Below are positions 43,373 through 57,617 of a stretch of DNA of 64,000 bases, piece by piece; positions within the stretch are counted from its first letter, which is position 1, and each line of letters begins with the position of its first letter. A program made the translations under genes and the position numbers. The notes beneath the pieces were generated by a model. That model did not search any database and was not told the origin of the DNA. It worked only from the letters and a program-made list of their open reading frames with translations. Origin of the DNA: Chrysomallon squamiferum (Eukaryota; Animalia; Mollusca); contig CM022666.1 of the NCBI GenBank assembly GCA_012295275.1, forward strand, positions 3,100,001 through 3,164,000, in the 5' to 3' direction.

Positions 43373-44665
43373 ACATACATATTATTATTATTATTGTTAT
43401 TGTTATTATTGTTATTATTACTATTATTATTATTATTATATTTTTGTGTGTTTAAGGGAATAACAACCCACTTACTTATTATTGTATCTTTTTTTTCATC
43501 TACACAAATCTTCAGCCTCGCAAAATAACAAAAGAAATCATTAAAATATTCCAGAAAAATTACCACGACAAGCAACTTTATAAAGCTGAGCTCAGTTTAT
43601 CTGAAAATCACGTTTCATGCCAAAGGAAAATTCTCGAGATTGAAAGTAAATAATTTCAAATTACTGTCCAGAAACTATCCCCATTCTATCCATTCCTTCT
43701 GCATGAAGTCTCTGACACAGGGTTTAAATTCACTCAAAGAAAGAAAAGCAACCTCCAACCATCTCGAAAAAAAAATTCTGAATGCTCCTTAATTTTCATA
43801 TTAAAAAAAAACAAAAAATTGCTTTTATTCTGTGTAACCGTTTGTATCTCTGATCCAGGGAGACGTACATTTAACATTATTGATTGCTTTTTTTTTTTCT
43901 TTTTTTCTCTCTCTTCTTACACGAGAAAAAAAAAGTCGACCCCTGCAGTCATAATGTAGCTTTTGTGATCTTTGAATATGCGTCATTTACCAAGAAAAGA
44001 GAGAAAGAGAAGATATGAAAGGCAGGGGTAAAAAAAAAAAAAAAGAAGAAGAAGAAGAAAAAAAAAATTAAAGATGGCCGTGAATTGAAAAAAAAAAAAA
44101 AAAAAATTCCGGCGTACGCTTGTACATTTTAATGAAGAAACTGAACAGTATTATAATCTTTTTTTTTTTTATTTTTATTATTAATAATATTTTTTTTTTT
44201 TTTATTATTTTTTTTTTTTTTGTTGAAAACTAAAAAGAAGTAAAATTAACGCTTAAAGGTATCTTTTTTCCAACGGTGAAAGTTTCATTAAATTCGCTGT
44301 ATATTTCTTTAGGAATCTTTGGCGTGAATTTCTTTTCGGCACCAATGAAACTGACATGTTTTTGGAGCGTGCGTGTTGACAAAGAAAATACTCAGTTTCA
44401 GTGTGAAGTACATTTCAAAGAAATCGATTTCGTCATTGAGATTTTGTTTGAATTCACCTCTACAAGTTTTTAATATTAACCCGTTAGTAACTGAGAAATA
44501 TGTGGTTTGTTAAAAATCATAGGGATGATTAAAAAAATTTATACATTAATTAATTGATGAATAAATGTTTGTTTTAATAGTTATTAGGTGTTAAATATTT
44601 GATTTTTTTTTTTTGTGTAAAAAGTATAAGGAAATGAATGATTTAATATTTCAAATCATATTTTA

Positions 44666-44697
<32 letters not shown>

Positions 44698-44752
44698 AAA
44701 ATGAGCTAGACGCGTTCAAAAGAAATCGAAACGCCAACAAAAAGCGAAAGTT

Positions 44753-44789
<37 letters not shown>

Positions 44790-46350
44790 AGCATGACAAT
44801 AAAAAAAAATTAAATTGAAAAAAAAAAAAAAAAAAAAATATATAAAAGTAAAACAGTAAAATTAGAAAATATTAAAATAAGAAAATAATAAAAAAATTTT
44901 ATTCATAACATACACGCCCTTAAAAAAAAAAAAAAACAAAAAAAAAAAATAAATAAATAAAAAAAAAAAAAAAAAAAATTAAAAACAAGAACAACAAACA
45001 AACAAACAAAACAAATCCAGACAAAATTTTGTTGTACATATCAATCAGTACACCTACATCAAAAAAAAAAAAAAAAAAAACTTTAAAAAAAAAAAACTTT
45101 ACGTACAGACTTCATTTTGGCGCGCGCTCTTTCAAACATGCCATTTTGAAACTGACAAGTCTTCAACTCGTATTTGTCTACGAGAAAAAAAAAAAAAAAA
45201 AAAAATCTTTGCAATGAGAAAAGACTTTCGTCGATGAATGTGAATGTTGTCTGGATTTTATAACAAACATTTGAAAAGATTCTCTCTCTTTTTTTTTTTT
45301 TTTTTTTTTTTTTGTTAGAAAACTGTAAGTATTTTTCTCACTGTTTTGTTTGCTCAGTCTGAAGCAAGGGATGAGAGCAACTCTACACGAATTAGTTCAA
45401 ATTGACACGTGTTATTTATTGCTTTTTAAACTGATTTCAGTGGGCTTAAGCTTAGAGACAGAACAATCGATTGACGCGTGGTACGTCGCGGGAACGATCC
45501 CCTTTGTCGCGCCATTTTGTCTGTTTTGCGTTTAAACGAGAATATTAAAATAAGTGGTATTCTTGTCTTGTTTAGAGGTGCATGATATAAGAGATCTATT
45601 ATCATTATCATTATTGCTATTGTTATTATTATCATTATCATTATCATTATTATTATTTTGTTGTTTTTCTTCTTATTTTCATTGTTGTTATTATTTTTAT
45701 TATTGCTATCATTGTTGTTGTTGTTATTATTATTATTATTGTTTTGTTGATGTTATTATTGTTGTTGTAGAATAATTAGATCAATAACAACAACGACAAA
45801 CAAACAAAAATTAGCAGCCTCCAAAAAAACTACAAAGAAATTAAAACGACGACAACAACAACAACCCCCAAAAAAAAACACAAAAACAAACAACAACACA
45901 AAAACAAACAAACAAACAGTATATAGGCTATATATCAACTGATATTTAAGAAAATGATGATAACGATAATAATGAATTAAAAAAAAAAAAAAATAAAAGA
46001 AATAAAAAATTAAACTCGTCAAATGTGTTTGTACACGAATATTTCAGACACTGAAATTGATTTAAAAAAAAAAAAATGATGTATATTTCTTCTGAAGGTT
46101 TTGGCTCGAGCTTCTTATAAAGAAGGTAGTTGAAACTGACATGTTTTCGATTTCTGTTCGTTTTTGTAAAGAAAATGAAGTTACAAAAGGGTTAGTCAAT
46201 AGTGAAGGTCTATATTTTAAAAGAAATCTATATTTGTTGGGAGGTTTTGTTTGAATGCAGAGGCAGTTCATACTGACAATGTTTAAACTTGTATTGATGT
46301 TTAAGTAAAAAGTTTTACCCGAGGGTGTGGTATTCCGAGTGGGCGTGTAG

Positions 46351-46362
46351 GTCCCTAGGGAC
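46351..46362. promoter_or_regulatory. Perfect palindrome GTCCCTAGGGAC (COE/EBF-type TCCCNNGGGA site)
   Basis: 12-bp perfect palindrome containing TCCCTAGGGA. Confidence 0.35.
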
Positions 46363-46683
46363 TGTACTCTGTGTCCCTCTATATGTGTGTAGGCATGTGT
46401 GTAGTATGTATGAAATTATTTGTATGATTTTGTTTGTCCATGTGTGTGTTTGTATGTAAATGTGTATGTGTGTATGTATTGATATATGGATGAGTTCGTG
46501 TGTGCATGTATATATAAACTGTGCGTGCATGAGTGTGTGTATGTATGTATGTGTGTGTATAGATATATGTATGTAAAATATATAATTTGTGTGCGTGCGT
46601 GCGTGTGTGTGAACAAAATTGGTGGGAAGGGTCTGAACAGAAAAAATACGTTCGACTTTCAAAAGCCTTTATTTTATTTTTTA

Positions 46684-46742
46684 GTTGTTGGTGTTGGTGT
46701 TGTTGTTGTTGTTGTTGGTGTTGGTGTTGGTGTTGGTGTTGG

Positions 46743-46794
<52 letters not shown>

Positions 46795-46835
46795 GGTGGT
46801 GGTGGTGTTGGTGGTGTTGGTGTTGGTGTTGTTTT
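46684..46835. repeat. (GTT)n/(GGT)n trinucleotide tract
   Basis: Direct reading. Confidence 0.95.
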
Positions 46836-47144
46836 CGTTCTTCTTCTTTTCTGTTTGTTCGGATTTTTTTTTTAAAACGTAATGGAATTAATTTAAAAAA
46901 TGAAAAGCATATTCAAACCAACATCAGACCCACCTCTCACTGTGTTAAACATAACACGACTTACAAATTAATAACACAAAAACAAAACTGGCGACAACAA
47001 TAACTGAACAACAACAACAACACAACATCGACATCTTCTTCTTCTCTGCTACGTAAATAAACCAGTATTAAATGAACAATGTACGTTTACCCATCAAAGG
47101 CCGCTGTGAAATTAACCGTTATAGCAGCACGTGAATATACCCGC

Positions 47145-47180
<36 letters not shown>

Positions 47181-47426
47181 CTTTCTTAACTCGGACACAA
47201 AACAGCAACAACAAAGGCGAATCCTTCTGAAATTAATCTATTTCCTTGAAGATAATGACTCTGACATATCACGAGACTCGATGGAGGGCGATAACAAAGG
47301 GCGGTAATTCTGGATCACAATGCGATAACAAAGGGCCGTAATTCTTTATCTAATGACGTTATATTATGCTATAGAAGACGGTATCCTTTTGCGATGCGGA
47401 TGAATGGCTGATTTCATTATTATTAA

Positions 47427-47462
<36 letters not shown>

Positions 47463-47500
47463 CTTTTTTCGTTTTGATTTATTTATTATTAGTTTTTTTT

Positions 47501-47582
<82 letters not shown>

Positions 47583-47921
47583 TATATATATTTTTTTTTA
47601 TATCTCATTAGTTGATAATAGTAGCGCAAAGATTTACTTCTTTCTGTTTTGAGCGTAGATGACAAATCTCGCACTGGTTTTTTGAAATATTGTCTGTTAC
47701 AAAAGAAATGTAATTGATAATAAATGTGATCTGTCAGTTAAAGATCATGTTAATGTAAATTTCTCATTCTTTTTATTTTTTCAATTTCATTCTTTCTTCG
47801 TTTCTTCTGTTTTTCTCTTCTTTCCTCCTCCTTATTTCTCCTGTCATCATTTCTCATTTTCTCTCTCTTTCTGTCTCTGTGTTGGTATATGTGTATGTGT
47901 GTACAAAACAGAAAACTGAGA

Positions 47922-48288
<367 letters not shown>

Positions 48289-48438
48289 TAAAACAGTAAA
48301 AATGAGTTTGAGTGAGTGAATGACTGAACAATATTAATAAATATTAACAGTACAATAATACTCTGGAAACAAATGTAATTAAGAAAATTAATATCACTCG
48401 GAAACTGATATTATTGTCTTAAACACGATATCTTTACT

Positions 48439-48700
48439 AATATTAATTTTCAATAAACAACACATTTCATTATACTACCACAATTTAATATTAATTTTTG
48501 ATATATAACACACTTCATTATATTGCCATAATTTATTATTAATTCTTAATACACAACACATTTCATTATACTACCACAATTCAATATTAATTTTTAATAT
48601 ACAACACATTTCATTATACTGCCACAGTTTAATATTAACTTTTAATATACAACACACTTCATTATATTGCCATAATTTAATATTATTTCTTGATAAACAA
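48439..48700. repeat. ~48-bp AT-rich minisatellite, ~5.5 units
   Basis: Unit AATATTAATTTTTAATATACAACACATTTCATTATACTGCCACAATTT with two sub-variants. Confidence 0.9.
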
Positions 48701-49049
48701 GATAAATCATTCTATTGCACTAACAATCGTAATAACAGACGTAGTTACCTTTCATGGTAAATGTACGCATGTTGTATGCACTGATTAAACTTGGTTTAAA
48801 TTACAAACATCTTTAGGTAAACAAAATAATCTGAATGGATCGAGTAACGTTTTCTGTTTGTAATCTGAAACAGATTTTTGTGTTTTGTAAACATGAAAAG
48901 GAAATACTTGTACTCTGTACCCTGTACCCTGTATAAATTGTGTAATATATACGTATTTGTGTACGTATTTTTGTGTGTGTGCATGTATATATTTATTCAT
49001 GAATGTTTGTATGTTTGCATGTATGTGTGTATGTATGTATCTATGCACC

Positions 49050-49089
<40 letters not shown>

Positions 49090-49171
49090 TACACACACAT
49101 TATCTCATGCAAACACAATTACGAAAAGGAAAGAAAAAAAATAATGATATATCTCTATGGATAAATATGAA

Positions 49172-49296
49172 TAGACAGACAGACAGACAGATAGATAGAT
49201 GGATAGACAGACAGACAGACAGACAGATAGATAGACAGACAGACAGACGGACAGACAGACAGACAGACAGATAGATAGATAGATAGATAGATAGAC

Positions 49297-49353
<57 letters not shown>

Positions 49354-49356
49354 TAC

Positions 49357-49415
<59 letters not shown>

Positions 49416-49425
49416 TAGACAGACA
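49172..49425. repeat. (GACA)n/(GATA)n tetranucleotide tract
   Basis: Direct reading. Confidence 0.97.
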
Positions 49426-49983
49426 TATGGTAAGATATAAACATTCACACACTCCTATTTACGACAGAGTTACAAAGACAGAAATATTCGCGTTCTTGCT
49501 GAAGACTAGCAAAGGCTACACACGTATTTTCATAGCAGCAGCACATAAGATAAGAGACCTCGAGAAGATTAAAAAATGAATGAGAAACGTAGGAGACCTG
49601 CACACAAACACGACAGTGCTCGGCTCCGCTGACTATTCATTTCAAAACCCTCTCTCTTGCCCGTCAGACAATTTCGCCGTATATTAATTAATCTTTTAAG
49701 CACGCAAACCAAAAATACTTTTGTCCGGCTAAGATCAAGTTTTCATTAATTAGTCATCTCATTCATCGCCCACCTTACCCCCCTAGCCCCACCTCCCCCT
49801 TCTCTCTATTTACAGTGATTCACCGGTCTACTACTACTACTACCACTACCTATGTATGTGTTCGTGTAAATCCGCACTAATGACCGGAAACTCCCGAATG
49901 AGATCGCTGGCGTTTGAACGACAGCGATGTTAGCGTGTATAGCGACATATTTTCTTTCTTCTTCTTCTTCTTCTTATTCTTAG

Positions 49984-50356
49984 ACACCGAGCTGGGTTGC
50001 TAAGGCCAACAGAGTCTCTGGTTACGATCAGTTACGAGAAATTGATGGCGAACATTCCCGGCCAGGAAAACTGAGTCAACATTTCAGTAAACAGGTGCGC
50101 CGAGCTTTTAGTGTGTCGGAAGAGGTCAGAGGTTAAGGCTCGCGAGGTCGAAGGTCGCAGTGACTACTGTAATTATTCGCATAGGGCTCGGGGCAAAACT
50201 GTCGTAAGACGGCTTGTTACGGAGATGTGTGTATTTTGAGTCGTAATTAATATATATATATACACTGTGAAGTTTTGGTCTGTGTTGTTGTTCGGCGAAT
50301 TGGAGTGTTTTTTTTTTACCTGGATAGCTTGTAAAGAAGGATAAACTAGAACGCAG
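49984..50356 (+). other. Candidate 5' UTR exon of the TSR gene (first exon from an Inr at ~50030, or internal exon from the acceptor at 49983)
   Basis: Perfect donor CAG|GTGAGT at 50356/50357; Inr-like TCAGTT at 50028-50033; pyrimidine tract plus TTAG at 49950-49983; CpG-rich. When joined to 60326 there is an in-frame TAG upstream of the ATG. Confidence 0.6.
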
Positions 50357-50625
50357 GTGAGTGTTTGTGCTGTGTTGATAAATGAGGTGTAACGGGTTGC
50401 TTTTTTGTTTGTTTGCGAAGACGCTGAGACGTGTTTCTGCCTGTTACTCCAGTCTTAGTGTATTCTAGTCTCATCTGAGTCATTCTCTCTCTTTCTTTTA
50501 TTCTCTGATTATATCTATATCTATATCTATATATATTTTTTTTTTTAAATTTTCTCTGTTATTCTCTCTCTCTGTCTCTCTGCATCTATGTATCTATGTA
50601 TCTATAAGCATCTATGTGTCATTGT

Positions 50626-50728
<103 letters not shown>

Positions 50729-51043
50729 TCACTCCCTCCTCCTACCAGTAACACTTTTTTCTGAGTTTAGCTTACCATTCTAGTTTTCTTCAGTTTTCTT
50801 ACACTCTTCCTTAGTTTTCCTCTAATTATAATTCTATATCTGTGTACGTACCATAACTTCTAAAAATACACACACACACTCACTGCTGACACATTTCTTT
50901 GTTGTCTCATAATGACTGTTATCTGAAAAAGGAAACAAATAAGAACAGTCCGTTATACTGACTGATTATATTATATATATAAAAATAAGTTTTTATATAG
51001 GTTTTGTTATAATATCTTGATAAGTAAAAATATCTTTTTTATG

Positions 51044-51102
<59 letters not shown>

Positions 51103-51734
51103 ATTTGTCAGTAATCTAAAAGCAAATGATTCTTGTTTTTCAGTTAAATCAAATAATTAAGTTGTAAAATAGTATTGGTATTAATAGTATTGTAATTATA
51201 GCAATAAAAACAACAACAACAACAAAAATAAATAAATAAATAAACAAATAAATACCAATCATAAAATAAATGAGGAATTAAAAATCTGAAATAAAGATAT
51301 ACACAAAATAAATAAAGAAAACTCATCTACCAACTAACAGATCATCCAAATAAACCAAACCAACGAAACAAATAAACAAACACGTAATTAAACGTAAAAT
51401 TCTGGAATTCTGTCAACGCTGTAAAACAGGACAGTGTCAGATCTTCCTTTTTCATAACTAAACTCACTTGACAAGCTGGTACAAGCGAAACACGTTTTGT
51501 GACTTCAAAAAAACAAATTTCATCATTTACAATCGAGAAACATCCTATACAGAACTAACACCGTTTGTTTTTGGTGTAAGCGTTTTCGTATTTCAGCGTT
51601 TTCATCTGAGAAATAATTGCAAATCTTTAGTCGCATTTTGTTTCTGCTAACAAGCGAAATATATATATTTTTTTTAATTTAACAGAACGAGAATTTGAAT
51701 AGAGTACTGATGTATAACTTAGTTTAAATCAGTG

Positions 51735-52122
51735 CTACATATTGCTTCTTTTGATTAATCACGTTTTGGTGTTGCTGCAAAGTATGGTATCATTATACAT
51801 TGTCGCGTTTCAAATTTTGCAACATATTGCTTCGTTTAATTTGATAAATTATCGCGTGTTATTACTGCATTATATTGCCTCGTCCAGTTTGGTAAATTAG
51901 GGCGTGTTTTTGTTTTTGCTGTACGATATTGCTGCGTTTCATTTTATAAATTATCCCGTTGCAAAATATTGCTTATAATTATCTCTTATTATTACTGAAA
52001 AAATATTACTTCGTTCACTTTGATCAAATATAGCATGTTATTACTGCAAAATATTGCTTAATTTTTTTATAGTTTGTCGTTTGTTGTTAATATTACTTCG
52101 TTCAGCTTTATAAATAATCGCT
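51735..52122. repeat. Old degenerate ~40-54 bp minisatellite, ~9 units
   Basis: ATATT[G/A]CTTCGTT...TAAATTATCGCGTGTTATTACTGCA core recurs with internal deletions. Confidence 0.75.
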
Positions 52123-52645
52123 TTTTAAAAAAAAAATATCCTTGTTATTTTCTGAATTTTAGAATATGACGTTTTGTTTTTGATAATTATAGTTCTTTTT
52201 CTTTATTCTTTTTTTTATCGATAATCTCCTTCTATTGTTGTACTTTTGTTATCAGAACTTTTTTATAGCTATTTATTATTTATTTTTTTATTGAAATACA
52301 TAAAGATTAATTTTAATAGATTTTTTTTTGTATATTTGAAGAAAAGATAATTCACTGAAGTTGATTGCGAATGACGGAAGGACTAGATAATGACTATTAT
52401 TTTCAATGAACGCCCGACATTACCTGTATATTAGCGTGATTTGTTAATCAATAATTATAATATTTACCACACCTGTCACCTCGTCTTGCTTATTGTTTCC
52501 GTCTCCACCTGTCCCTGTCCAAAACGAGGCTAATTTCTTTTGTCTTAATGGATGATTTCTCGTTTGTGTTGAAAGCTCTTGTGAATCTATCATCTCTCTC
52601 GTTTTCCACTCAGTTTCTTTATAGTGTTAGCATCTGTGTGTTATC

Positions 52646-53351
<706 letters not shown>

Positions 53352-53605
53352 ACAGAGAGACAGAGATTTAAAATCTCTGATAAACAGTTAATTGTGTAAT
53401 ATGTTTATATTTATATGTATATCTGTGTTATTTGTATCTGTTTGGATGTGTATATATGTATGTGTGTATCTGCCTGTATGTCTGTATGTATGTACGTATG
53501 TTTAAGTATATAAAGGGATAGAGGTTTGTTCAGAGAGACAGAGATTTAAAATCAGACTGATAAATAGTTAATTGTGTAATATGTTTATATTTATATGTAT
53601 ATGTA
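53352..53605. repeat. Direct duplication of a ~70 bp block, period ~180 bp
   Basis: CAGAGAGACAGAGATTTAAAATC...CTGATAAA[C/T]AGTTAATTGTGTAATATGTTTATATTTATATGTATAT at ~53353 and ~53531. Confidence 0.85.
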
Positions 53606-53692
53606 TGCATATGGATGTGGTATGTATATGTATACGTATATGTTTATATGATGTGTGTGTGTGTATATATATATAAAGATACACGCAGAGAC

Positions 53693-53725
<33 letters not shown>

Positions 53726-54232
53726 TATACATACATACATACATACATACACACACATACGTTATCACACACATCTATACACACACACACACACACACAC
53801 GTAGGTAGGTGGGTATGTAGGTTGACAGACAGGTTGACAGACACAAACACACGGACAGGTATGTTAATAAACCATGTAATTAAACCTACGTCAATGTGTG
53901 CTGCATCTGTTCCACACTCGACAGTTCTTCTTTGTCGCAACAGCTTCATAAAGAACTTGTTTTCAACATCTAGAATTACCAGATAAATCATTCAGTGTAT
54001 CACCCAAGCACCCTTTCTTTGTTACAAGTGTATTGTATTACAGTGCGTGCTATTGTTAGGGAGGACTGCGTCATATACGTACGTTTTTAATTATAATATA
54101 TTTAGTAGGTTGCTGAACAACTGTTGTGTGTGTGAAGACGAGTTGACAAGAATGTTCGTGTTCCACGGACCTCCTGCTGAAAAATTATAACAAAAATAAT
54201 TTTCTTTAGATATGTCTGTAACAGTAGGAGGA

Positions 54233-54311
<79 letters not shown>

Positions 54312-54360
54312 TTGTAATAATAATATTAATAACAATAGCAACAGTAATAACAATAGCAAC

Positions 54361-54413
<53 letters not shown>

Positions 54414-54910
54414 TAATGTAATAATAATAGCAGTAATAATGATAATAATAATAATAAATAGCAATAATAATAATAATAATAATAATAGTAATAATAACTA
54501 TAACCACCACCACAACAACAATTGTAATAGTCGTAAACGTAGTCACAGTAGTAGTGTTGTTGTTGGTGGTGGTAATGGTAGTGGTTGTGGTAGTAGTAGT
54601 GGCAACAGAAGTGATACTCCTAGTACTAGCAGAGGTATTAGTTTGGAGTCGTTGTAGTTGTAGTAGCGGTAGTAGTATTGGAAGCAAGAGCTTAACAGCA
54701 AAACCTACTAATACTGTTATTTCTAAAACTGTTATCACAATAACAGCAGCAACAACAATAACAACTACTGCTACTACTACTATTACTACTGATACTTTTG
54801 TTAGCATTACTACTATTTCCATACTTCTAAAGAATACTTATTGGGACTACTGTTACTACTACAAGCACTAGCACTACTGCAACTACTAATATTTCTATTA
54901 TTACTATAAG
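54233..54910. repeat. Compound (GAT)/(AAT)/(GTA)/(ACT) trinucleotide region
   Basis: Direct reading; it generates the 243-aa poly-I/T ORF. Confidence 0.9.
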
Positions 54911-56544
54911 TACAGAACACAAAATCTCCATCAAAACCCGAAATTAAAACAAACAAAGATCAATATAATGGAAAAAAAAAAGAAAAAAAAAAAAAATAAA
55001 ATAAAAAATAAAAAGAGAAGAAAATAAAACCGAAAATTTACTGACACATAAAATTACACTTATTTAAATTGCAATGTCACATACGTCATACATCGGTCGG
55101 TATTAAAAGCACTTCACTAACGCTTAACTGATCTACTAAGTATTAAAATTAGCAGACCAGAAGATTAAACCCCCCAAAAAACCCCACCCCACACCCTCCA
55201 GATACACAAGCAAGCATAGACTTTATTACGTCAACCGTCCACATATATATAGACACAATCTGAGTGGAAACACCGTCTTCTCCTTATCGTGTAAACCATC
55301 TTCTTATTGGCTGAGGCCCGTAATCGGCCCAACCAGTCGATAACTTTTTATTTTCGCTTCTCCTTTAACTAAACCGCAACGTCCAAAAGACAATAGTGGC
55401 GAACGATAGGGCGCGTTCGATTGGGCAAACACAGTACTCAGCAAGCGAGATGAGTTCGCGAGGATGAAGCTTAAACAAAACAAAAAAAAAAAAGAAAAAG
55501 AAGATGAGTACACGAAACTTCATTAGTTCTCTGAATATGAGAAAAACCGAGTGAAGCGGCTAGCAAAGACAAACAAAACAAAAAAATGATCCATAAAGGG
55601 GGACGAATTATTCGATATGACTGGCTTTCATTTGCTGAGCGTTTATTTCAACAGACAGCGTTAAAAGGGCTATGGCACTGTTAAGGAATTTTTTTTTTTT
55701 TTTTAGAAATGAGTGTGATAGGAGATGCAGGAGTCTAGGAAGCTAGCTAGGAGCTGAGGAGCCGTACAGACTGTTTAAAAGGTGTGATGTTGTTGTAAGG
55801 ATATTCAGAATAACTGATTAGAAAAATAGTTTATTTTATAATACATTCGTACATACATACATATATATTATATACATACATACATATATAGATACATACA
55901 TACATACATACATACCTATGTATATACGTCCATACATACATACATAAAAATATAAACACAAGCATACATACATACATATATACGTAATGCAACGCACGCA
56001 CGCACACACACATACACACATACATAAAACACTCACAGGCCCTACAATTTTAATTAAGATTTCAGACATCAAAGACTGCAGTCAATTACCCTACTTTCTG
56101 ATCACCAGCTGTAACGCAAACACTAACACAAAAAACCTTCCATCGTCGCGCTTTGATCCCGTGAACCTTCACGTCTCGGTCAAATATTTTCTTTTTAACT
56201 TTCTAATCACACTGTAACGATACAACAATATATATATATATACATTTACTTAAACAACACGCTCAAAGACTGGGTGTTTAAGCCGACTGCTTTGTACAAT
56301 ATTATTATTACGAATGACCCTTAAGAGATTCTTAGGAGAGGTTTTCGTTCGACAAGAACAACCCTCAGAGTTTGCAGGCCGTCGACTCTTTTGTCTGCTT
56401 TCTCTCTGGGCAACGCTTTCATCTTCTCTGTAACGGCATCGGTCACGTCTTGTTCATCAGGACTTGTGGACCGAGTCTTTAGACGCTCGGTAATCACAGG
56501 CTGTGAAGTAACGTAATTAAAGACGGTCGTAATTTCGGCTGTTA

Positions 56545-56606
<62 letters not shown>

Positions 56607-56698
56607 GGAAAGGTTGTGGCTTAATTAAATAGTGTAAAGAAAGTGGATGAAATGTGAAATATATGATTTCGTCTGTCTGTCTGTCTGTGTTTTAAATG

Positions 56699-56788
<90 letters not shown>

Positions 56789-57572
56789 TTGAATAAAGAG
56801 AAAGATGAATAAAATATTTGAAAATCTTTCCGTTTGAATTAACAGTAATAAAATCAGATAGAAAATCTTCTGTTGTTTTTAAATGTTCCAACTCTCTTAT
56901 TTCCATAGCATTTGTTACTTGTTCGGTCCAACATTGGTTTAAAATTGTATTCTGGTCTCCTTGAGTATTGTATCGTTAAAACCTTGTATTGAAGAATGTG
57001 TGTGGCTCTGTCTCTGTCTGTCTGTCTCTCTCTGCTCCGTTTATCTCTCTCTCCATCTATCTGTTTATGTCCATCTCTCTCTATCTCTCTATCTCAACAT
57101 CTGTCTGTCTGTCTCTCACTATCCAATTTTGTCTTTCCGTCTGTTTATCGGAACATTTGTCTGTTTTCTCTCTTCCTCAAGATTCAAAAAGATTTCGTCA
57201 AATCTTTTCTTTTTCTTTTGTATCAGTTGGAGGTATAAATCATCGCACATTACCTTTAATTACGTCACATCGTGGATGAAAAAGAAACTGTGTTTCCTTT
57301 CACAATCCGGGGGGAAAAAAAAAAAAAAAAAAAAAAAAAAATAGAATAAAAGTCATGTAATCAAAATAGTCAAAAAACCCTCAAAAAAAAACAAACACAG
57401 GAAGTGACGTCTTGTTTCAGTACACAGGCAGCCATAATTTTCTTCCATCATTTTTAGATGAACATTTTTTTTTTTTTTTTTTGTTTTGAATCAATCGTCT
57501 TGTACAATTTCCGGCTAATTTTCGACAAACGTGAAATTTCTTTACTTTTAAAAGTCATTTCTGCTCTACTTT

Positions 57573-57617
<45 letters not shown>

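Noticed and set aside
51735-52122. Repeat-spacer-like array resembling CRISPR
   Set aside because: The apparent spacers are homologous to each other, the repeats are degenerate, no cas genes are present and the context is eukaryotic: an old minisatellite.
55671-55692. TATGGCACTG, matching the 5' end of miR-183/263-family miRNAs
   Set aside because: Similarity stops after 10 nt and the downstream sequence is poly-T with no complementary arm.
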